Shown: positions 12,228-21,716 of the stretch, piece by piece | How positions within the stretch are numbered: the stretch's first letter is position 1 | Layout of the letters: every line of letters begins with the position of its first letter | Position numbers and translations under genes: made by a program | Notes under the pieces: model-generated | The model's database searches: none | What the model was told of the DNA's origin: nothing | The model's input: the letters and a program-made list of their open reading frames with translations, nothing else | Assembly: GCA_010093995.1 (NCBI GenBank) | Contig: ML992526.1 | Coordinates: forward strand, 1 to 64,000 | Source: Elsinoe ampelina | Taxonomy: Eukaryota | Direction: 5' to 3' | Length of the DNA: 64,000 nucleotides

Positions 12228-13410
12228 CTATGATTTAACATATCCATACCCCACCGCGCTGTCCGCTGGTAGTTCCCGCACTGGTCTATCAGTCCCCAAC
12301 TCAGCGGTCGGCGAGCTCACCTCATACTTTGGGAATACAGACATTGTCTGCACCGTATGAGGATACGAACTCGGCGGCGCCATGGTGTTGGTCGGCGAGA
12401 ACGGCGGCGGAGGCATAGGTGGTCCTCCTGGAGCCAAGTGCGGGTACCCAATGTGCGAGACTGGTCCGCTGGTGTATCCTGCCATGCTGCTCGGCCCGAG
12501 CGGATGCTGGGAGGCGCTCTCGCTGGGACTGACGCTGTTGTGTCGGACTAGACCGCCGCCTGCTATTGCTCGGCCTCGTCGTCGGAGGCAGAGGAGGATG
12601 AGCCCGCCGAAGAGAGCGACGCCTGCTGCTCCTGCTGCGACGCCGATGCCGGCGACTGCGCCTGTTGATAGACCATCCGAATCTGCGTTTGAGTTGGCGG
12701 CCTCGCTCGGTACAGGCGTGCTGCTTTGGCTTCCTTCTCTTACTTGAGTCGCTGAAGGTTGGGCGGGTAGCGTGTACTCTGCACTCTGCGACGTGGTGTA
12801 GAAGCTACTGCTCGTGCTGGAAGTCGAGGTCGTGGCAGCAGATGAGGTGCTTTGCGCCGCCGAGGTCGTCGACGGTACTACTGATGACGAAGACGCTCGA
12901 CTCGTTGGCGGAGCAGCCACTAGGGTCTGCTGTAGTATAATCTCATCTGGACCACCCCTACCACAACAATCTCTCGTCTTCCCGCAACCTGCTCCAGGTA
13001 AGCTTCATTCCCTACTTTACGCCCGTACGGTACTCACACCACGTCCTCGAAGTCGGCGTCCCATCACACGGCGTGATCGGCGCATTCCCATTACTATCAT
13101 TCTGCGCCGGATCCGGACACACATTCCTCAAACACACCTCATCAGGCCAATCAGCATTGCTACACCCTTCACGCCAATACAGCATGGTGTCGATATTCGA
13201 CTGGTTGACTTCATACTGCGAGCACAAGCCATTGGGCATGCAAACATCGTTGGGCAGGCCATCGGTTCTGCCGGCCCCGCAGCAGAAGGAGTTGGAGGCG
13301 TTGAAGGAGTTGCAGGGGACGAAGTCTCGGCCTTGGTCGACGCCGGTGGGTTTGTAGCATGTTGCGTCGACCGTTGTGAGGAAGATGGCGAGGGAGAAGT
13401 AGAGGAGCAT
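12228..13410 (-). CDS. Single-pass surface protein: signal peptide, Cys-rich domain, Ser/Thr stalk, transmembrane helix, cytosolic tail (Mid2/Wsc-like architecture), 2 exons
   Basis: Intron 12989-13037 restores WCCGKTRDCC; N-terminal hydrophobic signal; LSTGAVAGIGVAAG...LRRRGR transmembrane and stop-transfer segment. Confidence 0.82.
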
Positions 13411-16050
13411 TATGTCTAAGTGGGCGGTATGGGAAGAAATAGGACAGCCTTGTAGGGCGAGGAGCGACGTGCAGGGAATCGGTAGGGGAAAGAGAGGTGG
13501 TCGGAAACAGACGCGAGGTAGAGAATGAAAAATACAGTACGGAACAATACCTGCCTACTCTAACTAGTCTTCAGGTGGCATGGCATGGATGCTCGCAGTG
13601 GCATGTTAGATGAACATGTTGGTGCTCCATAGTGGCGGCAAGGATGGCCAACTAGTTCGAGACGACGATTCGCTGTGTCGTCGAGAGATCGATGGGATGA
13701 ATGGTCTGAGTGGCTGGTGGAAGTAGTGGAAATTTGATCGGCGGGTGTTAGGGTTTCAGGTGTGCCTAATTTTGGAGTGCCTGATACTGTAAATTTACAT
13801 TACTTTCAAAGGAGCTACTCGCTTGATTAGAGGAGACCTTGGAAGATTGTTCTCGGGCTGTGAAGAGACGGAAAGACTGACATGATGCCATGATCTGGAT
13901 TTTCTTGAGTCATCAAGAGTGCTCGAGTACAGTACCATCTATCGAGTTGAGGTGGTTCGTGGCTGACTCGGCATTCCTCAGGCCCAAGAGGATTTGTTTT
14001 GCTTGGATGATCATTGAAATCACTTTTCGACCACTCGAGGTCGTCTTGACGCCACGCTCCGTTCTGGTCTTCCGGCATGACTCCGGATGTGGAATCTTCC
14101 GTTTCTCAAGCGATGGTCTCAAGCTATTCCAGTATAGCTTCGGCATCCGGCTCAAGTGCTTGCGGGTGTACAGATGTCGGTGTGGCGGTTCGTTACCGAA
14201 TATATGCCTCGAGAGGCGAGGTTAGGCCAACATCAATTGATGGAATCTTCCGCTATCACTGAGTTGACATTGTCTTGTTTGCAATCTTTCGGCCGCTGAC
14301 CATCTCCTCATAATCCGAATGAGTTGCTATGAGGCAGTATGGAATGACGTACCCAAGGGGCCGCTGTCAGGAGACTCTCATTGATACTGCGAGCTCATTG
14401 TTGGAAGTTCACAAGTCGAACGACACGTCCCAATGATTCAGGCGCTGTATCTTCCACAGTCGAGTACGCATGGAACCATTGTCCATCGCCTTCGACTCTG
14501 TTCCGATGACACCAATAGGTGGCTTGCCACGGGCTCCGATGTGCTTGAATTCAGTCCGCATGCTTCGTAGAGATACTCTAACTCACAATCAAAAGCCAGC
14601 ATGTCATGTAGATGGCTCTTCGATCTGAAAAAAAGAGGTTCATCAGGGCAGGTCCACCCAGAAGTCAAACCGCGTCCAGAAGCACTTCAAACACCGTCAT
14701 CTCTTCCATGAAACCATTCCCAATTTCCCGCTCCTCAGGCACAACTTCCACTTGTTCTTTACCAAACCATCCCGATCCTCGCCCTCGGTACCATCCAGGG
14801 TCAACCATCTCCCACATGGCACTGACAGCACGTCAGTCACAACCTACCTCATCCTGCCCAGACCTTGAATGCCTCAACATCTCCCCAGCCCTAACCTCAC
14901 TAAATAGCGATCGTCACACATCACCGTGCCAGCAGAACTCACATCACCTGGGCCAACTCTCCGGGCAAGTCGCAATCTCCATCGGGCTCACACACGCGAC
15001 TACCCCTGTGCAACCCAGCTCCATTCGCGGCCAGCATCGAGCCCCGTGTCCATAAACGCTCACATGCGAAGGTCCAGCGATGCCCAAATGAACCACAAAC
15101 CGGATCTGCCCCCGATCCTCGTGCCTGATCAATGCTAATCTTACCCCCGGCGCCGGCTCAAACGACGTCAACCGGATCCACGGGACCAGTTATGGTGCAT
15201 GCAGCGGACGGGCCGTGCGGAGCGGTGAAGCGCATTGCATTTGCATTGCAATGGCAGCGTGGGCAGGGCAGCCGAGAGCCGAGACTTGGGGGGAGGCAGG
15301 GGGATCGATCGAATGTCCAGCAGTCCGACTCCCATTGCCTATTCCAATCCCAATCCAATGCATGCCGTGGGGAACAGTCGTTGGAAAAACAGAAACAGGC
15401 ACAAAAAAAAGTCCATGACGCCCACCCGCAGCTCCTCCTCCCCAGCACGGTTCGCAGAGACACAAAATCGCTGATGCCCGCCCTTTCGCCAGCGCGAACC
15501 TTGGTCCTTGGGCCCCCCCCAAAACAGGGAAATTTTTCGCCCGGCAGAACATGGTTCGGCGCTTTGGGCCACGCACTGATTGGCGCCCGTCATCAGTGGA
15601 TCGGCCGGCATCGCGAACCGGCGCAAGCTGTGTCATGGGAGAACCTTGTTTCATTCCGGACACAAGGGCGAGTAGTGGGATCAGTTGCGATCGTGAGGAA
15701 TTGCGCATGTTCGTCTTGCCCTGAGGGAAACGTCGACGATGGGGGTTTGGCGTGGATGGGAAGTGGGGACGAGCGCAGGACGCGCCAGGTTTTTTTTCTG
15801 TCGGATGCTGACGGGGGGAAGAGCTGATGGTTATTATTATGAGGTTGCCCTGCGTTGGTGACGTGCGGTTGCATTTGCGCTGCGTGAGGTGAGGTGTATG
15901 GTATAACGATCTCTTCACGACTTTTTAACGCGAATCATCCCATTTGACTATTTCCCTCGCCTGCAATATCAATCTACCCGTCCGAGCAGCGGGCCACACC
16001 CACCTTCTCCAACCTCTGGCGCTCCTCTCCGCCTAATCCGAGAGACGAAA

Positions 16051-16995
16051 ATGCACGTCCCCAACCTCCTCCTCTCCCTCTACCATCTTTCCTCACCCAC
16101 CCACCGCCGCGCCGCCCGCGAACGCAAAAAGGACTATGAACGCCAGTTCGCGGCCCACAAAGAAGACAACCTCAAGCGCGTGCGCCGCATGTCCCAACTC
16201 CGCGGCGAGCCCAGCGTTGATTTCCTCTACGACTCCGCATGGGGCACCGGTGCCGCGAGTCGGGCGAGGAGTAGGAGCACGCATGATGTGAGGGTAGCCC
16301 AGCCGGCGTATGAGAGGGGGATGGAGAGGGCGACGGGGCGGAATGAGAGGGGCGAGAGGCCGAGGCCGTTTAGTATGATTTACGATGGGACGTCGGCGTT
16401 TCCTGGCGCGGGGTACGGGGGGGAGGAGGTGGTGCCGCCTTTGCCTACGATGGGGGCGGTGGGGACAATGGGGAGGAGCGGGAGTGATGGGTATGTGAGT
16501 GGGGGGAGTGGGTATGTCAGTGGAGGCAGTGGGTATGATTCTGGGTTGAGCGGGTTGTCGGGGAATAGCTTCGAGGCGAGGAGGCCGGGGAGTATTGCGC
16601 CGAGTCTGGCGGGAGGTAGTGGCTTGACGAGTAGGAGTGTGAGTGGAGGGGTGGAGATGAGTGGTGGGTTGGGAAGTGGACCTGAAAGCGTACCGGGCGC
16701 TGCACTGCCAGAGGTCGAGCAGGAGCCGCCCAGGTATGTGGATGTTGCGACGCCAGTGAGGTTGAGCAGGGAGAGGCCGAGACCGATCAGTCTGATTGGA
16801 GGCATGGAGGTGCCAGGTTTCTGGAAGAGAAGCATGAGTCGAAGCAGGAGCAGAGGCAGGGAAAGGAAGAAGAAGGTAGACCAATGGTGGGATGCGAATG
16901 GTCCGGGACCTGAGCAGGCCCTCGGGAGATTCGTGCAGGTAGTAGACGGCGGGCAGGGCGAGAGGGAGTTGAGGATGAGTGCCATGGTCAACTGA
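16051..16995 (+). CDS. Hypothetical low-complexity Gly/Ser/Arg-rich protein, 314 aa
   Basis: ORF with aaaATG context after a pyrimidine-rich leader; internal repeat GYVSGGS x2 and the RPRPxS motif twice. No recognisable domain. Confidence 0.55.
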   Translation: MHVPNLLLSLYHLSSPTHRRAARERKKDYERQFAAHKEDNLKRVRRMSQLRGEPSVDFLYDSAWGTGAASRARSRSTHDVRVAQPAYERGMERATGRNERGERPRPFSMIYDGTSAFPGAGYGGEEVVPPLPTMGAVGTMGRSGSDGYVSGGSGYVSGGSGYDSGLSGLSGNSFEARRPGSIAPSLAGGSGLTSRSVSGGVEMSGGLGSGPESVPGAALPEVEQEPPRYVDVATPVRLSRERPRPISLIGGMEVPGFWKRSMSRSRSRGRERKKKVDQWWDANGPGPEQALGRFVQVVDGGQGERELRMSAMVN

Positions 16996-17193
16996 GTGGC
17001 ACGACACTGGACGATGACGACTTTCCTATCACTTCACCGCCAACAAGACCAATGTACGACTTTCCTTTGGCTACACCACGGCGTTCATCCTTCAAAACAA
17101 CGAGCACGACTCACGAATATTTCCTAATTCCCTATAGACAACGGAAGGGTCGAGAGATACCAATATACCCAACTATAGACTGCCATGTATGCT

Positions 17194-18837
17194 TCACATT
17201 TTATCAAACACTTTCGTGCCTGCAATACCTTTCTCCGTGCCAGGTCTCTCCTTGGCTTGGAAGTCAGTTGTGACCACTTCCCTGTCATCGCCCGCAAGTA
17301 GCCCACTGATTTGGCCGACCCATTGCTTACCTCCATCGGGAGCCTTGGTCCGCTTGACTTCAACTTCTTCGCACCTATACCTCGAACCCTCGGCCAGGAC
17401 ATTCCTCCTGTGCCACGCACCAACGAAAACCCCGTCTGGATCTGATTCGTCTCTCACTTTTCTCCATTCCTGCAGTTCAGACCCGAATGTCTCCTCCAGA
17501 TATGGCCTTGCCGAGTCATCGGTAAAGTTCTTCGCCCAATGAGGATGGCCGCCATACTGACGCATCAACCACTCGAAAGCTTCGTAATACCTCGCTCTGC
17601 ACGGCGGATCCTGCAGATAGGGTCTGTAAAGCGTAGCGTTGAGGTAGAGAGTCGGCTCCGTCTTGCAGGTTCCGTCGAGATATGGCCGGACGTTGATCTT
17701 TCTTGTGTCGCTTACCCGAACTTCGATCGGAGCGTGTACCCAGAGCCCTTTTGATGAGAATGGAATGCGATGTTCCTCGAACGGGGCGTGATTGATCCAT
17801 GCTGAGAGGCGGGAGATGATCTCGGGACCTTTGGACAGTGGGACAGCCCATTCGTTGACGAACTGTGAATAGAGACAATTCATCAACAGTCCATACTGCA
17901 TCGACTCGACAGCGTTGGTCGAGTTGCCTGTCTTGAAGCCGTATTGCATACCGAAGACGAACCACTCAATTGCGGGGAGAATACGAGGGAATATGTTGCT
18001 TATGCGCAGTAGGGTGTGGTAGGTGTGAAACCCAACAGATCCGCCATAGAATGACCACGGCGCAGGCCGAGCGGGAGCCTCTGTTTTGTCCGCGGCCCAG
18101 ACGACGCATCGCTTGAGGTAGGGTAGCCACCAAACGCGAATGAACTCATTCGAGGTCCACAGAGAGCTGTCCCAGGTATCAAGAACATGCGAGAGTGGCT
18201 GAAGAGTTTGGGTCCATTCAAGGTTGGTCGCCGGACAGAACTGATAGGTTACCTCGACGATGATTCCAAGTGCGCCTAAAGATAGAAGACCTGCACGGAA
18301 GAGCTCCACGTTCGTCGTGACCGAGCACGTCTGAAGGCTGCCATCTCCAAGAACAATCTTGAAGGAAAGCACCTTGTCGGCAATCGTTCCATGTCGGAGC
18401 GTGCTGCCATGCGTACCAGTACTGATAGCGCCTGCAAACGACTGGTCGACGATGCTGCCAAGGTTCGGAATGGTCATGCCCCGAGCATTTGCCTCTTCGT
18501 TGAGCTTCCAGAGACGAATTCCAGCTTGGACTGTCATGATGTTCTTCTCCTTGTTGACGTCCAGCACCGCGTTCAGCTTGTCGAGATTGACAATCCATGA
18601 GCTGGTCAAGGTCAGGTCGGAGGGCGAGTGACCACATCCTACAGTGACGATTCTGCGCCTACACCGCCGGGCGACCTGGATGAGCTTCTGAACTTCGGTG
18701 ATTGTCTCTGGTTGGAGGTATAGTTCTGGGCGGGAATGAAATGTCTTTGCCCATGTTGAATGTACATGGCTTGTGCTAGATCGGAATGGTACATCTGGCT
18801 GGAAGTCGGCGAGTTCCTGCTTGATGAGAGGATCCAT
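17194..18837 (-). CDS. ALO1: D-arabinono-1,4-lactone oxidase (FAD-linked sugar-1,4-lactone oxidase), 547 aa
   Basis: VGCGHSPSDL covalent-FAD motif, LGSIVDQSFAGAISTGTHGS, PIEVRVS and HPHWAKN. Confidence 0.92.
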   Translation of the reverse strand: MDPLIKQELADFQPDVPFRSSTSHVHSTWAKTFHSRPELYLQPETITEVQKLIQVARRCRRRIVTVGCGHSPSDLTLTSSWIVNLDKLNAVLDVNKEKNIMTVQAGIRLWKLNEEANARGMTIPNLGSIVDQSFAGAISTGTHGSTLRHGTIADKVLSFKIVLGDGSLQTCSVTTNVELFRAGLLSLGALGIIVEVTYQFCPATNLEWTQTLQPLSHVLDTWDSSLWTSNEFIRVWWLPYLKRCVVWAADKTEAPARPAPWSFYGGSVGFHTYHTLLRISNIFPRILPAIEWFVFGMQYGFKTGNSTNAVESMQYGLLMNCLYSQFVNEWAVPLSKGPEIISRLSAWINHAPFEEHRIPFSSKGLWVHAPIEVRVSDTRKINVRPYLDGTCKTEPTLYLNATLYRPYLQDPPCRARYYEAFEWLMRQYGGHPHWAKNFTDDSARPYLEETFGSELQEWRKVRDESDPDGVFVGAWHRRNVLAEGSRYRCEEVEVKRTKAPDGGKQWVGQISGLLAGDDREVVTTDFQAKERPGTEKGIAGTKVFDKM

Positions 18838-19407
18838 GGCGGTGGAGAGGAGAGGAAGAAGAAGCGATGTGTCCCAGGGATGAGAGATTATGGTCGAATC
18901 TTGGAGTCAGACTCAACCGCAACGAGTCAGTAACGACATATCGATGTTTGCCGACTGGTCTATCAGATGCGTTGTAGATGGATGGTGTTGATGACAAAGG
19001 TCACATCCCCGCCATAACTTTTCTCACTTGGTGACGTGAACGACTTTTTGCTTCACATGTCGACGACAACTGGGCTTTTGAGAATCACTGCAACAATCGC
19101 TGTCTCCTCAGATATCTCCACATTACACAGGTGAATTCGCAAACACACAGATCACGTCTAGCTGCTTGCTGTCGTACGACATGAATTAGGCCTGAGAAGC
19201 AAGACTTCGGCAAACGTGACCAATCAGCGCAGGCGGTCCGGAATCACAGCTTCATTTCCGTCATTCATTATCTTTCCTTCCTGTGTGGCACACACGGTCG
19301 CTGCAAGACTTCTGCTTCAATCGTACTCCAGGACAATCAGGTTCTCACGTGTCATCAGCGTGCTTCAGTCGATGAAGCGGCAGTAGCGATCGGATTGGCA
19401 GTGGATC

Positions 19408-20022
19408 ATGCTCAAAACAGCACTCATATCATCGACGTTCACGCGCTGCGTAACGCGCCGTACGCAGACGGTCCTTCGATCTCAGTATCACTATGCGGTA
19501 GATGCCAAATTCGTATTCACGGGTGCTCGCGGCGAGACATCGACAGAGGGGTTCAAGGCGTGGTTGGGCACGGAGACGTCTACCTGCGTTCTCCTTCCTG
19601 GTCGAATTGGCAAGGCATTCCAAAAAGGCATCATTGCTTCAGCAGGCGCTGCGATCAGGTCGGCGCCAGATCGTCTGCCATTGATCTTCGATCACGATAC
19701 CTGCACTTTCGTTAGTCGTGAGTCGTCGGGGCTCTACTGTCGATACTTGTGCTGATGGGACCGCAGCGAGCACGCCGCTACCTCGGATTATCCTGCCTGT
19801 GAATTTGCCGAGACAGACAGACTCGCCGCACACGCCGTCGACACTCTTCATCTACGATGTTGGCGACATGATCACATTCGACGGCACAGAGGATGGTGAG
19901 TCAAGACCGAGGACTTGCACAGGATGGAACACTGATTGAATGCCACAGCCGAATTTGCAGCGCACTCTCAAGACTCTGCAAAAGAGCTTCGCCCAGTATT
20001 GGAGAAACTGAAGGACATGTGA
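19408..20022 (+). CDS. Hypothetical 170-aa protein, 3 exons; presequence-like N-terminus and Phd-like C-terminal helix; candidate Doc partner
   Basis: Introns 19718-19766 (GTGAGT..GCTGAT..CAG) and 19896-19948 (GTGAGT..CTGAT..CAG) give exons of 310+129+74 = 513 nt, open to TGA at 20020-20022. Confidence 0.72.
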
Positions 20023-20090
20023 TTCGATTACTTGGCTGCATCTCATGAAGCTTCTCACATGGCACCTTCCCACCTCTGTCGAACCCAAGG

Positions 20091-20666
20091 CTAATACTCC
20101 TTTGCTTCTGCTCGAAGGCGCTCAATCTCTTTAGACACACTCTGCACTGGTCTCGCGATTGACTCGTAGCATTGAGCAAGCTGCTCTGTCGTCCATTCGT
20201 TGTTGACAACGGCCAGGTGCGCCTTGCTAAGAATGGTATTGGTGCGTTCGTCTTGGAATGGCACCTGCTGGAGGGCATAGCCGTTGATCTTCAGGAAGGT
20301 GTCGGCGACCAACATGGCTGCCCTCTTATTTCCATCCTGGAAAGCATGATTCTTCGCCACTTTTTCCGAGAGATTGGCTGCGAGGCGAAAAACATTCTGC
20401 TCTTGGGTGTAGTGCTTGATATTGATCGGAGAGTTCATGGCAGACTCGAGCAGGTCTGGCTGGACGAGAGCCGCCTCGGTGAGATGGTTATGCAGGAGTC
20501 TTTGTACAAGCTCGACTGTAAGAAAGCGAAAGGTCTTGAGGGGCGTGGCAGCCATTGTCCGCTTGGTTTTGGGGATTGTCTGTAGTTGTAAACTGGGTAT
20601 CAAGTTTTGAGGTACTCTCTCAGTGAATTTCTGCTGTCTGAAGGTGCAGAATGCTGGCCTCGACAT
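20091..20666 (-). CDS. Fic/Doc-family (death-on-curing type) protein, copy 1; probable main start at 20555 (154 aa), in-frame upstream ATG at 20666
   Basis: LLESAMNSP and NHAFQDGNKRAA (motif at 20322-20348), then FLKING; intronless. Confidence 0.88.
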   Translation of the reverse strand: MSRPAFCTFRQQKFTERVPQNLIPSLQLQTIPKTKRTMAATPLKTFRFLTVELVQRLLHNHLTEAALVQPDLLESAMNSPINIKHYTQEQNVFRLAANLSEKVAKNHAFQDGNKRAAMLVADTFLKINGYALQQVPFQDERTNTILSKAHLAVVNNEWTTEQLAQCYESIARPVQSVSKEIERLRAEAKEY

Positions 20667-20943
20667 GATCCTCTTATACTACGTGCGTGACAGATAATGC
20701 TGCCCCTCAGCCCCAGCTGTTGCAGTCCAAGCAGCGTCTCGCCCAACCGCGCCGCCTTGCCACGAGCGAGACGCCGCACCGCCATGTTTCACAAAGCCGA
20801 TAGTTCGACAAGCGCCAACTAGAGCCTTTGCCAGATTGATTCCGTTGGGCCAGATTACATCAATTTTTCGAAGCCGAATGAAATTCTCGATGGCATTCGA
20901 GGTTATGTTGTCCTGGTGCAGCTCGTATCGTAGATGACCTCTG

Positions 20944-21345
20944 TCACTTGGAGGCGATCTCTTCGTAGTACTTTCCCAGCTCCTCTCCAGTCCACTCCCC
21001 GGTGACAACCCTGACCTGAGCATCTGCGAGCTCATCTTCTGCCCGTTCATTGCTCACACGTAGCCTCTTTCCGTGCAACCTGAGGAAGACATCCGCAGCA
21101 AAGAGCGCAGTCCTCTTGTTCCCATCTTGAAACGGATGATTGCGCGCCAACTTCTCCGCAAGATGCGATGCAAGCTGGTAGTGGTTCTCCTCGCCCGTGT
21201 AATGAGATAAATTCTCGGGTGACTCGCACGCAGAAGACAGCATCGCTGGCTGCGAGAGCGGAGTCGAGAAACCCATTAGTAGTTTATGCAGGATGTGGAC
21301 CTGATTGGGCCTCAAAAACCGGAACGGTGAACAAGGAGTCGACAT
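20944..21345 (-). CDS. Fic/Doc-family protein, copy 2, 133 aa
   Basis: MLSSACESP and NHPFQDGNKRTA (motif at 21112-21138), then FLRLHG; intronless; collinear with copy 1. Confidence 0.88.
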   Translation of the reverse strand: MSTPCSPFRFLRPNQVHILHKLLMGFSTPLSQPAMLSSACESPENLSHYTGEENHYQLASHLAEKLARNHPFQDGNKRTALFAADVFLRLHGKRLRVSNERAEDELADAQVRVVTGEWTGEELGKYYEEIASK

Positions 21346-21716
21346 GCTTGCCCCTCACGATGCGCGCGATTCATCAAGCCATTGTGTAGATTTCGAGATG
21401 CAGCATTGAAGCAAAGGAAAACCCCACAGATTCAGCACGTGACCACATTCCCATTCTGCGCTCCGTGGACCCGCGCGCGCACCGTCTCTCCCTCCTTCCC
21501 ACCTCTTCATCATCAACCCTCATCTGATCTAACCAAATCAAGGAAAAGCCAGCATGCGCGACGTCGATGTCCTCTTCTGCCTTGGCCTTGAAAGCAGGGT
21601 TGGAGGAGGAGGACTGAAGGAATTTGGAGACTGGGCACTTTCAAGGACCACCAAAGAACTTGTCTTCATATTACAACGACTTTTGTATTATGTACATCTG
21701 AAATTCCCACTATTAC

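Noticed and set aside
13827..14880. Scattered minus-strand ORFs suggesting a decayed gene
   Set aside because: Multiple stops in all frames and no recognisable domain or splice path.
14926..15918. ORFs of 231 and 242 aa with CCAAT and TGCA-rich repeats
   Set aside because: Translations look non-coding and contain homopolymer runs; best read as regulatory DNA upstream of the 16051 gene.
16093..17007. Antisense ORFs of 304 and 203 aa
   Set aside because: Shadow frames produced by the G-rich, low-complexity plus-strand gene.
19000..21700. Transposon or prophage boundaries around the Doc genes
   Set aside because: No terminal repeats, target-site duplication, transposase or obvious compositional shift found by eye.
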